From assembly GCA_028534125.1 (NCBI GenBank), contig CM052817.1, forward strand, positions 63,552,001 through 63,616,000: a stretch of DNA of 64,000 nucleotides, given 5' to 3'. The position numbers and the translations under genes are program-made. This DNA is from Lama glama (lineage: Eukaryota). The notes below the pieces were generated by a model that did not search any database, had not been told where the DNA came from, and worked only from the letters and a program-made list of their open reading frames with translations. This document shows, in pieces, positions 40,881 through 54,964 of this stretch; position 1 is the first letter of the stretch; the number at the start of each line of letters is the position of its first letter.

Positions 40881-41826
40881 AAACTCAACACATGCTCCCT
40901 TCTTTAGGGCTTCAAGTATTCAACTGCCTTTTAGCTAATATTCTAGTTACAATTCCTCTTTTCCTGGAATCAGAAATCCACTCTCCTTTACTCAGTCTTG
41001 TACCATGAGCCTCAAAGAATGCCTCTTTTAAACGATATCAGCTTTCATGTTAGCCTCAGATTTATTTTCCCTCCTAGAAATTTGTAAAATCTTTATTATT
41101 GGGCTGGTTGGGTCCTCCTAATCATCTAAATCTATTTGCATGAACTCCATCCAACACCTTTACAAGTACTAAAGAGAAGTGGGTTTTTTTTTCCTATTGT
41201 CTTTCTGTCTTCTTAAATAGCATGGTCTTTTGATATTTTCCTCTTTCAAATAATTAGAAGATGATGGTGAAAGCAACATTATGCTTCATTTACTAAGTGT
41301 ATTGGAGGAGAAGGAGGACAGAGAGGGTGAGGGAGACAGACAGGGATAGGGAGATGCCAATGATACAATCTGTTAAAAACTGGTGTAAATAATGAATCTA
41401 CATAGTCATTATATAACACCATGAAATACCCCTCACAATCAGGTAATAGGCAACTGAATTATAATTTAACTGTAGAGAATTAGCTACAGTATTTGTAGAA
41501 GGAAGTCTTACTTTCTCCTATTCTGTCAACTCTCACAACCACATCTACCCACCTACATGACTTGTATGTTTTATGCCTCCTCACATTCAGTAAGGCTATC
41601 CCTGGAAACTCCATTTAAGATTTCAACATTGCTTTCCAAACCCAGTATTTCATAGCCTCTTTCTCTGCTTTTTCTACTTACTACTAACTTGCATATCATA
41701 TGTTTTATTTTGTCTTGCTTTATTTCTTATCTAGCTTACTAGAAGTAGTTTTTGTCTTTTGCCCTGTAGTTCTTGTAACTATGCCTCATACAGAGACCTG
41801 AGAGGTTTTATGTTTGTCTGTTTCAA

Positions 41827-41992
41827 TATATTTTTATTGAAGTACAGTCAGTTTACAATGCTGTCAATTTCTGGTGTACAGCACAGTGCTTCAGTCACAT
41901 AGGAACATACATACATTCGTTCCTATATTCTTCTTCAACATAGGTTACTACAAGATGTTGAATATGGTTCCCTGTGCTATACAGTATAAACT
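41827..41992 (-). mobile_element. Short 5'-truncated young L1 3' end with TSD
   Basis: 'ttttattgaagtacagtcagtttacaatg...ccctgtgctatacagta'; flanks TGTTTGTCTGTTTCAA (41811-41826) / TGTTTGTTTGTTTTAA (41993-42008). Confidence 0.85.
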
Positions 41993-42149
41993 TGTTTGTT
42001 TGTTTTAAAATTCTGAGGATTTCAGGTCTTCATTCATTTCTGGAAAATTCTCAGCTAAGATTATGTGTGTCTCTCTTCATTTTCCTTATTTCCTTTTTCT
42101 CGAACTGGTATTAGATACTGTTTAATTTTCTTACACATTCTCTATGTAT

Positions 42150-43200
42150 TTAAATGTTTACTAGAGCATAACATACATAGAGAAAAACGTAGAAATAAGT
42201 ATAATGAATCTTGAAAAAGTGAACAGTGTTGTGGAAACAGCACCCAGGTCAAGAAATAAAATACTACCAGTCTTCCAGAAAGTTCCTATGTGCCTGCACA
42301 CAGTTGTTAACTCCCCAGATCCCCTTCAGAGCCTGCAAGAGGCACAAGTATCCTGACTTCTAAGACCATTATTAGATAAGTTCTGCCTGGTTTTGAGTTT
42401 TACTTAAATGGAATCACATAAGAGAATCTCCTTTTGTGCCTTGCTTAATTCATTCAACAGTATGCTTGTGATATGGATCCATGGAGTTCTGTTTAACATT
42501 CCTTCTCCATTCTCTCTTGCATTCCACTATATAAACCATGTATTTCATGCATTCTACTTCTGAAGACCACTTGTAGGTTGTTTCCATATTTTAGCAATTA
42601 TAAATAGTGCTGCTATCCGTCATGATACATGTTCTTTGGTGTGCATATGTACACATTTCTGTTGGTTATATACTTAAAAGACTAACTGTTGGGTCATAAA
42701 GTATCTGTGGTTCAGTAATCATGTCTTTCTGTGACTTCAGAGCTCATTCCTTTTTATCACTAAATATTTCATTGTATAGATGTATCATAGTTTGTTTTTC
42801 TATTCACCTATTGAATGACATATTGATTCCTTTTAGTCTTTGGAAATTATGCATAAAGCTGCTTATAAACATTCATGTGCAGGTTCTTGTATGGGCATTA
42901 GTTTCAAATCACCTGCGTAAATACCTGGGAACATGATTGCTGGATCATATGGTAAGACTGTCTAGCTTTGTAAGAAACTGTCAAATTATCTTTCAAAGTA
43001 GCAGTACTATTTTGCATTCCCACCAAGAATGAATTTTGTTCCTGTCTCTGTAGCTGCACATTCTCACCAGCAATCTGTATTACCAGTTGTCTGAATTTTA
43101 GTAATTTGACTAGGTGTGTAGTGGGATCTTATTGCTTTTAATTTGCATTTCTCTAATGATAAATAATGTTGAGCATATTTTTATATGCTTATTGGCCCTG
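42150..43200 (-). mobile_element. Old L1 3' relics (L1ME- then L1MC/MD-like pieces)
   Basis: Antisense L1 3'UTR/ORF2-end motifs such as 'gctgcttataaacattcatgtgcagg' and 'atttgcatttctctaatgataaataatgttgagcat'. Confidence 0.7.
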
Positions 43201-43423
43201 TCACTATGCCTGGTATATATCACTATATTATAGTAGTGATAATAGTGAGTGAACTGAATTATTTCACAGAATATTTGCAAGGATTCTAGATGCATTAGGC
43301 ATCACTTAGGTATATATTAATAGTCATAAAAGGTCACATTCATGTCCACTTCAATAACTACAGCCCTTTTAAAAGATGCACTCTTAGAAAAAAAAGAAAG
43401 TCATCTTTTTTTTTTTTTTTTTT

Positions 43424-43958
43424 CCTGACTCAGTCTTCTTCACCTGGGATAAAGTTTCAGAACTGTGTCAGGCAAAGTCCTTTCCCCTGGAGAGCAGACC
43501 TTATTATGGGGAAGGCTCAATGGTTACTCTCCTTGCTGGGCTGACAAGAGGATCTTTCTAGGATCGTTACCAGAAAAACCTAGTTGGAGTAATTGGAGAG
43601 AAAGCCCATGAAAGTGTGGGGCCCCCTTAAGCCTGCAGCCCCCATAATCTTCTCAGTTTTTAGGCTGTTCCACTCTCAGTCTCCAGCAGTTTCTTGAATT
43701 TTCCGTGTAAGTGTCCCTACCGGTTTATAGCTCCAGTGGCTTCTGCTGCTGGTAAGTAGATCTTGGTTCCTGAATCTCTCTGGATGTGTCTGTCTCTTCA
43801 GATTTCAGAGTGGTGGTTGTCCCTGCAACTTCAGTTTTTAGATGAGTCTGATGAGTCAGAAAAGTTATCAGTTTGCACTTTGTCCAGCTTTTTCTTGCTG
43901 TGAAGACAGGAGTGATGATTTCCAAGCTCTACACGTATTAGAGCTGAAACCAGAACTC
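43424..43958 (-). mobile_element. Old L1 5' end (L1MC/MD 5'UTR-like)
   Basis: Minus strand starts 'gagttctggtttcagctctaatacgtgtagagcttggaaatcatcactcctgtc', resembling recalled L1M 5' end consensi. Confidence 0.55.
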
Positions 43959-44924
43959 TATGGATACTTTAAAAGTCTTTAAAATCTTTGTATGTTTCCT
44001 AGATTTTTCATTCTGGTTTCTAATAAATCTTTGATATTACTAAAATGTACTTTATAGTTTCAGTAGACTATTTTATCATATATTGTTTTCCGGTCTGCTA
44101 ATTCTCCTGTTGTTTACATATGTTTATTCTGTCATAGTGGTTTGTAATGTTTTATTGTTAGCTCATTTTCAGAGGTTAGGGAAGAAAAATCTTTTCAAAA
44201 CTGAAAATAATCCTAGAGAAGTGGTGTTTGCTTTTACAAGATTCTAAGGTTGTCAAAATAATTCTTTATATCTATTTATTATCATTCCAAAAGGTAATAA
44301 AAAGTGAGCCCACATCTATGACAATGGGAGGCTTATGGTTCAGATTTCTTCTGTTCAATAGCCAGACACACACCACCTCCAGCCTCAACATCACAGAGCC
44401 TGTAAATTTTGTGGGTTTATACAGCCATTCTGAAATGTAGTTGGTAGAAGCTGGGATTCATCTGCCTCAGTTTAATTTAAAAATATCTAGGTGTTTCCTA
44501 ATCATTGTTCTACGTGTTGCTTTATGGGATTTGTTATTATTGCTGCCCACTGCATGCTTGTTTCTGTGTAATGTCACAATGGTTACACTGTTTATACAAT
44601 GCCAGGATTTCCCCAAGGCTATTCAAACCTTTCAAAAACACGTTTTAGGGCTGCATAATATGCCAGTGTTGTCATGTCATGTTTTACTTCTACATTTACT
44701 TTACATATATATATAATTTATATTGTTTTCAGTTTTTTACTTGTATGATAGATGATCAGACATAGAATTACTTAGCCAGAGGCAACCATATTTTGAATTT
44801 TTTAAGAGGCCTGATTCATACTGCTCTTTTCATCATTGTGTATTTTTTGAACAAAAATTTTTTTGTTGACTTGATTGATAGGTAATGTCATCTGCTTCTT
44901 TTAATGATTTTAGTTTGATTACTA

Positions 44925-45408
44925 GTCTAGGAGAGTCTAAATTTTACCCTTACCCCATTAGAGTTCTTTACAACTGGGCCTTAGAATTAAATTGACCTAA
45001 GACAGATCAATAGAAAAAAAAAAATACAAAAGTTTTTTAATAAAGTTTTGTGTGACATGGGCACCTTCATAAGGAGTGAAGACCCAAAGAAATGGTAAAA
45101 CCTATAGGCTTTGATATTAGGCTGAACAAAGAGAAGCAACTGTGGAAAAGTAACAAGACTTTGTGGAGAAGCTAAAAGGGGTAGGAATGATGTTAACAAG
45201 GTCTGAATTCTCATCCTTGATGACAGGGATGTTACTTTCCTTCCAGTATAGGGAGGACATCTTTCACATGGGAATTCATCTCCTACTTTTACAAAAAAGA
45301 AGGAAAGTTTGAGTTTTTTGTATTTGCCATTTTGCAAGTGCCTTTAACTCAAAATAGTCAATATGCCAGAGTGGCACATTTTGGCATGACATGTTCTGAA
45401 TGCCTTTA
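44925..45408 (-). mobile_element. ERV1-class solo LTR (MER34-like)
   Basis: 'aattgacctaagacagatcaatag...cttcataagg...gaagacccaaag...gtgcctttaactcaaaatagtcaatatgccagagtggcacattttgg'. Confidence 0.65.
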
Positions 45409-48400
45409 CTCATAGTGGAAATAATTTTGTATTTTAACTCTTAGTGGAGAGATTAAAAGCATGTTCTCTCGAGCTATGTTTTCTAGATGTAGAGCCAGAG
45501 CTGCCTCTGCATACTTCTGTGAGCAGGAATAGGTGATCGGTTTTCTTTTCCATTGACGGGAATAAGTAGTTCTTAGAAGAGAAGTGGGCATGTAGTAAAT
45601 GACTCACATCTGTCAGATATCTGTGGTATTTCTTAACAGTAGTTTTCTACTTCTTTCTGAGGATTTTAAATGTTTATTTTTCACATGAAAGTTTTTACTT
45701 TTTAGATGGATATGTCCATCACAAAAATGTCTTTTGTGGCGTTCTTCCATTTTATGGTTACATTATTTACACCCTCCTAGAGTTTAAAAAAATCATCCAA
45801 AAAGTATATGAACAACATAGTAAAAATTTTAGAATAAAAAAATGAATTATTTTAAATAAATAATAATGAGTAAAGAAGGAAACCAAAGATATTTTTTGGT
45901 GTCCTTTCTGAAGACTAGATCATAGATTATTCGATACCATAAATCATGCATTGAAGTGTGAAACGGGATTATCTACAAATTGAGAAAGTTACAGAGTTTG
46001 TTAAAGATATTTGCAATAGACTTTTTAGCACCCATGTTAGTATAGTCAAAACCCACAAATGTGTGAAGAAAAAAAAAATAGTTAACATTTTAGTGACATT
46101 TTTTAAAAGTTCACAACATTCAAAAGAAATATTATAGCTGAGAAATGGAAAATGACTAAGTTATCTCCAGTATCTGAAAAAGGTCATGAGAATTGCATAG
46201 CCACTGAATTTAACCCCATCTTATGGGGAAGTATTAACCAGACAGTACTTCAACATTACTGCAGATGGAAGTTATAAGCCAGATTCACTGAATATACTCA
46301 AAATCTTCCAAAATAAACATTACTGGTTTTCATGGCAACTATAAGAGATTTTTTTATTTTTAAATTAAAAATTTAAAAAGTATATGATTAAAAGAACACT
46401 AAGTATTTTAACTGGATAAAAGCACATAAATTCTCAATTATATATTACTATAATTACATTTTATTTATACAGAAAAAAATTCCCAAAGCATCATCATTCA
46501 TTTACTAATGACAAAAGTAAAACAGAATCACCAGATGATGATTCACGAAAAGAAGTTTTCAACTTTAAAATAAATCACATGTATAACATGTTTAGGAATT
46601 CATTTTACATTTATATGGTACTCATGTTATATGAACCACAGGGAATATTAATAATAATTTTAGAGCCTACTGAAAGAAGACCAGTCTGTTAGCCAATTAT
46701 ATTAAAAATGGAATTGGAGAGGGGAAAAACGAGAAAGCTGGTAAATAGGTTAAAATATTTAGACTGTTCTGGTGACTGGATCAGGAGATAAATGCAAACT
46801 CAGAGGAGACAAATTGTGCTCAAGGAACACTGCCAGGAACTCTACACTAAATAAAAGTCATTCTGTGGTTTAAATAAGAATATGGCTGATGGAATTATTG
46901 AAACTGCTTTGCCGCTTTTTTCTTAAAGATAGAGCACTGTATACTGCAGTGAGAATGGATTCTCTACTTGGTAGGGCATCTGTCTGGAATACTGTAGACT
47001 ACAGAGAATAAGCTTTATATTACCTCTAAAAGAAGAAAGTCAGGTGACAGCATATGTAAATGATTTTACTATATATTCTCTTTAAGATAAATCCTGTGAT
47101 TAAATTGTACTTTAACAGCCTATTGTCAATGTCTTGCATAAACAATGAAAACTAAAAGAAATGAATGTTTATGACTCCAAGAAATTACTGCATAAAATAT
47201 TTCTGGTAAACTTTTTTCCTCATTTAATGATTTCTTTAAAAATCTGTGATAGTGACAAACTTGTGTATTGTCTTACTAATATTCAAAAGCAATAATGAAG
47301 GGTGATTTCTTTGGGTTTTCAAATTCATATTTATGTCCAAACAAGTTTCGTTTTCTTTTGTTTTAATTAATCACAGGTAAGCACTATGTTTTTCTTTTCT
47401 GATTAACCATCAGGAAAAAAGTAAAAAGCTCCAGTGACCTCTGTGCTATGTAGAAATGAGAACTTAATTGGATAGGTTGCTATAACTGAGGTCATCTAGA
47501 ATGGGAGCTCTTAATCAGTCCTCTCTCCTTCCATGCTTTACAGCATTTTCTCTCTCAAATCCAAAATATATAACATGAACTTCCATGTAAAGTTCTATAT
47601 CTGGCGGCTTGGAGCTTTTTAGAAGGAAAGATTCTTAAAAGTGGTAATAAATAGTTCGAAGTTTCTCTGGAGGTGGCCATTATGAACTTGATCCTTAAAC
47701 TATTAAATTTTTTCGTCTGCTCTATAAACACTATAGAGCAGCAAATCAGCTCCCTCCTGGTTGAACTGAATCCCATTTCCTTCCCCTGAGGCAGAGAAAG
47801 TTCTTCCATGTGTCAAACAGCCTTGTAGTAATTTGGCCCATGCAGTGGAGCTGGGGAATGAAGAAAAAGATATTTGAGAAATGTATTTCAGTTAGTCAGG
47901 CTGCTTTCAGATTCTTCACAGATAACTAAAAACTATAAACTCCCTTCTCTCTACCAACTAGCTTCTCTTTCCACACAAAAGCAAAAACTATAACAGAACT
48001 CAAAACCACATACAACCAAAGTTCAAAACATTCAAAACATTATGGTATTTTGGTCAGGCAATTAAACAAGCTGCCATTTTTTCTAGGAAACATGGGTCAG
48101 AAAAACAAAGATTAGAAATCATCCCACACAGCACAAAGCATTTTTTAAAAATCAGGCAAAATATATATATATATATATAATCATGATATTCAGGTAGTAC
48201 TATTAAAAATCCACCTGTTTATTGGCCTAACAGAGGGCTCACTTTTCTATAGTAACAACCCAATAACATTTATAAAATTTTAAAAATCCACATTAGTATG
48301 CTATAGTAAAAACTCAGTTCACTCTGAAGAATTTGGATTTGGAATTACTGTGGTCATTTGTCTTCTTTTGGAATAAAATGAAATAAAACCTGAAAAGATA

Positions 48401-48484
48401 TTGAATAAAGATAGTCTATAATAACATCTAGAAGAGAAAACTAACAGTTCATTGGAAATATTGTGTGCGTTGCCTCATTAGATA

Positions 48485-48870
48485 TGACCGTGGTATGGAG
48501 GAAGGAGTCCAACATAACAGGCAGGATGTTGCTATAATTCACCAATAGAGAAGAACAGTTGGAGAGCAGAATCAGGGAGGAAGATGCTAGGTTGAGTTCT
48601 GGACATCGGGAGTCTGCAATACTGAGGGAGGGAGGGCGATGAAGGCAGTAGGCAGCAGCATGCACAAGATAGGAGAGGTAAAATTAGTTGTTTCTGACCC
48701 ATGACTACAAAGAAGACAAAAACCCAGAGATGCAGGCAAAACTAAGTAGAAAGACCAAGCTTAAAGAGCCAAAAAGGAAGACTGGAGAAATGGCACATAA
48801 AGACACAGACAGAGAAGAATAGAAGCTACAAGAATCTCTTTGTCAGGGTGTCAGGAAGGCAAGAGGGAGT
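48485..48870 (-). mobile_element. L2 relic
   Basis: 'ggaagatgctaggttgagttctggacat...gagtctg' L2-like. Confidence 0.5.
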
Positions 48871-49692
48871 GCAAGTACCTAGAACAGGTTTTGTCACTCC
48901 TTGCTCATTTTTATGTGCTGGTCAGGGCATTGTGAGGGAATGATCTAACAGAATTTAAAGGCCCAGTAACCAAATGGACAGACAGTTAAGGATATTCTAC
49001 GTTGAGCATGCCTCATTTTTAGGAGCTATGGGTATACACAGAAATAGAAATTAACAGGTGAGTAAAAAATACTACGTAATAGTGGATTCTGTTAGAACAA
49101 CTGTATTCAATAAGCTATGGTTATGGGAGTTTTTGGCTTATAAAATACATTTTCATTTTACAATATAAAATGAAAGTAAGATTGAGACAATTATTTTGTG
49201 ATTTGGACCCAAGTCCTCTCTCAGGAGACAGAATTAACAATAAAATAAAATGTGGAGGCCATGAGATGAGGGAAATGTTGTGGACGAACTCTTTTAATGG
49301 AGCCACAACTGACTGAGATCTGAGGCACATCTGCTTTGCTGGTACGTGCTGCTTTGTCAAAGTTTTTTTTTTTTACATATTCTCTTTGATTTATAATGTG
49401 GAAAAAATCTCATTATTTTGCAAAGGAGAATCTGATATTTCTATACATATATAAATAGTATTTAGTGTACAATCTGAAATATATACATCTTAAAATTCAC
49501 GATTTTATGGTACAAAATGCATCTTTATAGAATTTTCATACACTATTATGTCATGTAGAATATATTGATGACCGTACAGTTTAAACTTTAGTCTCATTTA
49601 TCTGAGGAAATGTCTCCTGATCATAGTCTCTAGTTGAAACAATAAAATGAAATAGCAATATTCATATTATTCAAATAATGTTATTCCTATTT

Positions 49693-49970
49693 CAGTGTTT
49701 CTCAAATATTTCTCAGAACGATGTAGCCATTGAAGTGATTCCTTAATATGGCATACATTTCAGCCACAGTGAAATACTAAAATACTGCTCTGGGGACCCA
49801 CAGAGATTCTGAGACGGTGCCTCAGAGACTCCTGGACATGGGCTTTAGGGAGAAAAGGAGGGCAGGTTAGGATAGCCACCCAGCCAGTCCCCACAACAGC
49901 TGCAATTTTATCTGTTTATCCTATTTGGCTTCTTATTTAAAAATTCGTTTGAAAACAATGTTTCACTGTT
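49693..49970. mobile_element. hAT-Charlie (MER103-like) relic
   Basis: Starts 'cagtgtttctcaaa'; internal 'gcaattttatctg'; near-terminal 'gtttgaaaac...cactg'. Confidence 0.4.
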
Positions 49971-51772
49971 GGGAAAAAAAATGAAAAGTAATATTCCAAG
50001 AAGAGGTTCACAGCAGTTAAGGTTTAATACTGTAAATACAATACCACTCGAATTTGAAGAAAATATTTTCTAAGTGTTTACTGACTTATCTAAGCACTGT
50101 TATTTCTTCAGTTTCACATATAATGCAAAACCAACTTTTATAAGGCAAGCAGATCTAAATGGTAAATAAAAAGCGTTCTTCCTTTTGAACTCTCAAATTA
50201 GATATGCATACAATATACATCATACAAAATTTCAAAATGGCTGATTGAGAATATGTTTATATTGAGTGCATATAGTACTTTATAAAAGTCAAGCTATTTG
50301 GAATATAAGTGAAGTCAAGTTACTTAATCTGATAAATGGCACAATAGAGGATAATGCATATTTAAGAGCACTTAGAAAACTATGTTACTGAATTTTGAAA
50401 CGGTTGAATTTGTTTATATTTAGTCTAAGGTTAACACTGGTTTTCCTTTTGAGACAGAATTGGAAATTCTATGAATTCTCTTGAGGATATTTTCTTTTTT
50501 AAGAACATATATTTTTGTGACCAAAGTAGATTTAACAGAAGAAAAATGTAGTTCATAATAACTACTAATTGCCACCCCCAAAACATATCTATACTCATAC
50601 ATATATCTACACACACAAACAATATATATATTCAAACACGCACAGATGCATACACACATTTGTTAACAGCAAAGATTAACTAGAGAAAGAGTGGTCTAAA
50701 ACTGAGACAGGATAGAAGAAGCTAGAGGTCAGTAAATTCATTACCTAGACAAACTTTTTTATTGAGATATAACTGACATTTAACATTATTTTAGTTTAGT
50801 TTCTTAACTACAGTTGGGACATGGGAAAAGATGCTGTAGTGGGGGTGACAATGGCAGAGAGAGGCACTATCACTGATATTTTTTAGAATTGCCAGCTCAT
50901 AGTGATGATAAAAATCCAACTGACTTTTAGTGGGTTTGATTATTGTTTTTAAATTTTCTACAATATACTTACTTATTGCTTGCATGTAAGACAAACTGTT
51001 CCTACCACCCCACCATTTAGTACACCAGGGACAAGGGAGAAAGCCTTGTCAGTGGACCAGAAGATTTTACGATTTTTAGGGAAAAGCCTAAATTAATATC
51101 ATCTTCCTTTTTTATTTGATTTTTGGAATAAATGAAACAATTGCAGGTTTTGAAAGTTACTAAACCACTAACCCTCCCCCAGCAGGTAACAACTTTCCCA
51201 CGTGAATCCATCTGTACTCTTCTCTGTGCTGAAAAAAATTATGCATATATAGATTTATCTCATAAATACATGGCATTATATAATACAATTCTTTAATATG
51301 CTTGTTTATTTCATGCTGTATTATGGATATCTCCACAAGTCAATTAACAGAGCATTAGTTCACTGTCAATCTTACTCATTTTCTCTTTCAGCATAGTTTT
51401 CATAGATCCACTACTATCACTTATTCAAACCTTGTCTTTCGATAGACGTGAAGATTATTTTGACTGTGCTGCCTGTAAAAATACCGAATAACCATTTTCA
51501 GAAATAAATCCTTATATAAAATTTTATTTTTTAAGGATATTTTCTAAAACTGGATTTTGGTAGGGCAAATAAATACTGCTTTTCCAAAAAACGTTATAGC
51601 ACTGGATGCTTTTATTCTTTCTTGTGCCACACATTTGGTGAAAACAGTAGCCCATTGTTTTGATTCATATTTCTCTATTAAGGAATTCGAATTTCTTACT
51701 ATGTTTATTGGTCATTTCCTTCCTCCATAGTAAACTTCATACTAATATAATTTCTCCTTTTATATTATGGGT

Positions 51773-54771
51773 TTTTTAAATTGATGTATATTTAACATAC
51801 AACATTGTCCTGGTTTCAAGTGTACAGAAAAGTGATCCAGGTATAAATATACATATATAATATTCTTTATACATGTAATAGTCTTTATATTCTTTTTCAG
51901 ATTCTTTTCCATTATAGGTTATTATGAGACATCGAATATAATTCCCCATGCTGTACAGTAAGTCCTTGTTGTTTATTTTATATATAGTAGTGTGTATCTG
52001 TTAATCCTAAACTCCTCTAATTTATCTCTCCCCTACCTTTCCCCTTTGATAACCACAAGTTTGTTTTCTATGTTTGTGAATCTGTTTCTCTTTTGTAAAT
52101 AAGCTCATTTATATCAGTTTTTTAGATTCCACATATAAGTGATTGTCTTTCTCTGTCTGACTTCACTTAGTATGATAATCTCTAGGTCCATCCATGTTGC
52201 AGCAAATGGCATCATTTTATTCTGTTTATGGCTGAGTAACATTTCGTGTGTGTGTGTGTGTTTATCACATCTTCTTTACCCATTCATCCGGCAGTGGACA
52301 TTTAGGCTGCTTCCATGACTTGTCCATTGTAAATAGTGCTACTATGAACATGGGGGTGCATGTATTTTTTCAGATTAGAGCTTTCATCTTTTCTGGATGT
52401 ATGCCTAGGAGTAGGATTGCTGGAACATATGGTAATTATTTTTAGTTTTTTAAGGAACTTCCATACTGTTCTCCATATGGCTGCATTCCCAACATTTCTC
52501 CATACCCTCTCTGGCATTTATTATTGTAGACTTTTTGATGATGGCCATTCTGAGCAGTATGAAGTGGTACCTCATTGCAGTATTGATTTGCATTTCTCTA
52601 ATAATTAGCAATGTTGAGCATCTTTTCTTGTGCCTCTTGGCCATCTACATGTCTTCTTTGGAGAAATGTTTATTTAGATCTTCTGCCCATTCTTTAATTT
52701 TTTTGATATTGAGCTGCATGAGCTGTTAGTATATTTGGAAATTAATCCCTTGTCGGTAACATTATTTGTAAATATCTTCTCCATTCCATAGGTTGCCTTT
52801 TATGGTTTCCTTTGCTGTGCAAAATACTTTGTATTTTTGCTTTTATTTCCATAACTAGAAGACATCAAAAAAAAATACTGCTGCAAATTATGTCAAAGAG
52901 TGTTCTGCCTATCTTTTCCTCTAGGAGTTTTAAAGTACCTGGTTTTACATTTAGGTCTTTAATCCATTTTGAGTTTATTTTTGCATATGGTGGTAGAAAA
53001 TGTTCTAATTTCATTGTTTTATACACAGCTGTCCAGTTTTCCCAGCACCACTTATTTAAGAGACTGTCTTTTCTCCATTGTATATTCTTGCCTACTGTGT
53101 CACAGATTGACTGTAAGTGTGTGGATTTACTTCTGGAATTTCTATTCTGTTCCATTGATCTATGCATCTGTTTTTGTGCCAGTACCAGACTGTTTTGATT
53201 ACTGCAGCTTTGTAGTATAGTCTGAAGTCAGGGAGCATGATTCCTCCAGCTCCGTTCTTTTCTCTCAAGATTGCTTTGGCTCTTCAGGATCTTCTGTGTT
53301 TCTATACAAATTTTAAGAGTATTTGTTCCAGTTCTGTGAAAAATGGCATTGGTAATTTGATAGGGATTACACTGAACCTACAGACTGCTTTAGGTGGTAT
53401 GGACATTTTAATAATATTGATTCTTCCAATCCAAAAACACAGTATGTCTTTCCATCTGTTTCTGTCATCTTCAATTTCTTCCATCAGCATTTTACAGTTT
53501 TTTGGAGTTCACGTCTTTTGCCTCCTTAGGTAGGTTTATTCCTAGGTATTTTATTCTTTTTGATGTGTTAGTAGATGGGACTGTTTCCTTAATTTCTTTT
53601 TCTGATATTTTGTTGTTAGTGTATAAAAATGCAATCGATTTCTGTATATTCCTTTTGTATCCTGCAACTAACAAATTCACTGATGGGCACTAGTAGTTTT
53701 CTGGTAGTGTCTTTGGGATCTTCTGTGTACAGTATCATGTTATCTGCAAACAGTGACAGTTTTACTTCTTCCTTGCAATTTGGCTTCCTTTTATTTTAGT
53801 TCCTTGCTTTTTGTGGCTAGGACTTCCAAAACCACGTTGAATGAAAGTGGCGAGAGTGGGCACCCTTGTCTTGTTCCTGATCTTGGGAGGGAATTCTTTC
53901 AGCTTTTCACCACTGAGGATGATGTTAGCTGTGGATTTGTCATACATGGCCTTTATTATGTTGAGGTATGTTTCCTCTATGTCCACTTTCGGGAGAGTTT
54001 TTATCATACACAGATGTTGAAATTTATCAAAAGCTTTTTCTGCATCTACTGAGATGACCATATGGTTTTTATTCTTCAATTCTTCAGTGTGGTGTACCAA
54101 ACTGACTGATTTGTGGATATTGAAAAATCTCTGAGCTAAGATGGCAGCCACCAGCAGCAGTGTTCACACAATTGAATGTTCCTAAATAAGTCTGCACCAA
54201 TGTCTATGCCCCAGGGTGAGCTGTAGCCACCCTCTGCCTCTCCAGGAGTCTCTAGGAGACTCTCCAAGACCAGCAGGTAGGTCTGGCCCACATTCCTAAG
54301 AAACTACTGCTTTTGCCCTGGGTCCTAGTGCGCATGAGATTTTGTGTGCACCCTTTAAGAGTGAAATCTCTTTTTCCCCTAGTCCTATGGGGCTCCTGCA
54401 GTTAAACCCTGCTGGCCTTCAAAGTCAGATGTTCTAGGGCCTCCCTCTACTTCCTAGTGCTGGACCCCTAGGCTGGGGAGCCTGATGTGGGGCTGAGAAC
54501 TCCCACTCCTCTGGAATAACCACTGCAATAGAATTATTCTCTAGCTTGTGGGTCTCCCACCTTGGGCGGTATGGGATTTGATTCTGTCTTGAGTGTACCC
54601 TCCTACCTGTCTCACTGTGGTCCCTTCTTTGTCTTTGGTTGTAGAAAATCTTTTCTGGTAGGTCCCAGTCTTCTTCAACAATGGTTGTTCTGCAGGTAGT
54701 TGTGATTTTGGTGTGCTCATGAGAGGAGGTGAGCACAGAGACCACCTACTCCACCATCTTGGCCACTCTCC
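51773..54771 (-). mobile_element. LINE-1 with retained 5' end joined directly to the ORF2 RT region (internally deleted or spliced)
   Basis: 5' end ggagagtggccaagatggtggagtag at 54771; junction at ~54130; ORF2 remnants 53762..54151 (HMVISVDAEKAFDK), 53302..53490 and 52865..53167; 3' T-tract near 51773. Confidence 0.9.
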
Positions 54772-54964
54772 TATTTAATGTTTTAAGAACTGGTTTTTCT
54801 TTTTTTTTTTTTTCGGCCTACTAGGAATATTTACCTTTTAATTATAATGTATTAAAAAGTGTATCCAAAAGTTTAAATATAATACAGTGCACATATATAT
54901 ACATACGTGGGTGTGGGGCCTACACAAGTTTTCTTTTAACTAGTCACCCAAATTCGTTTTCTAC

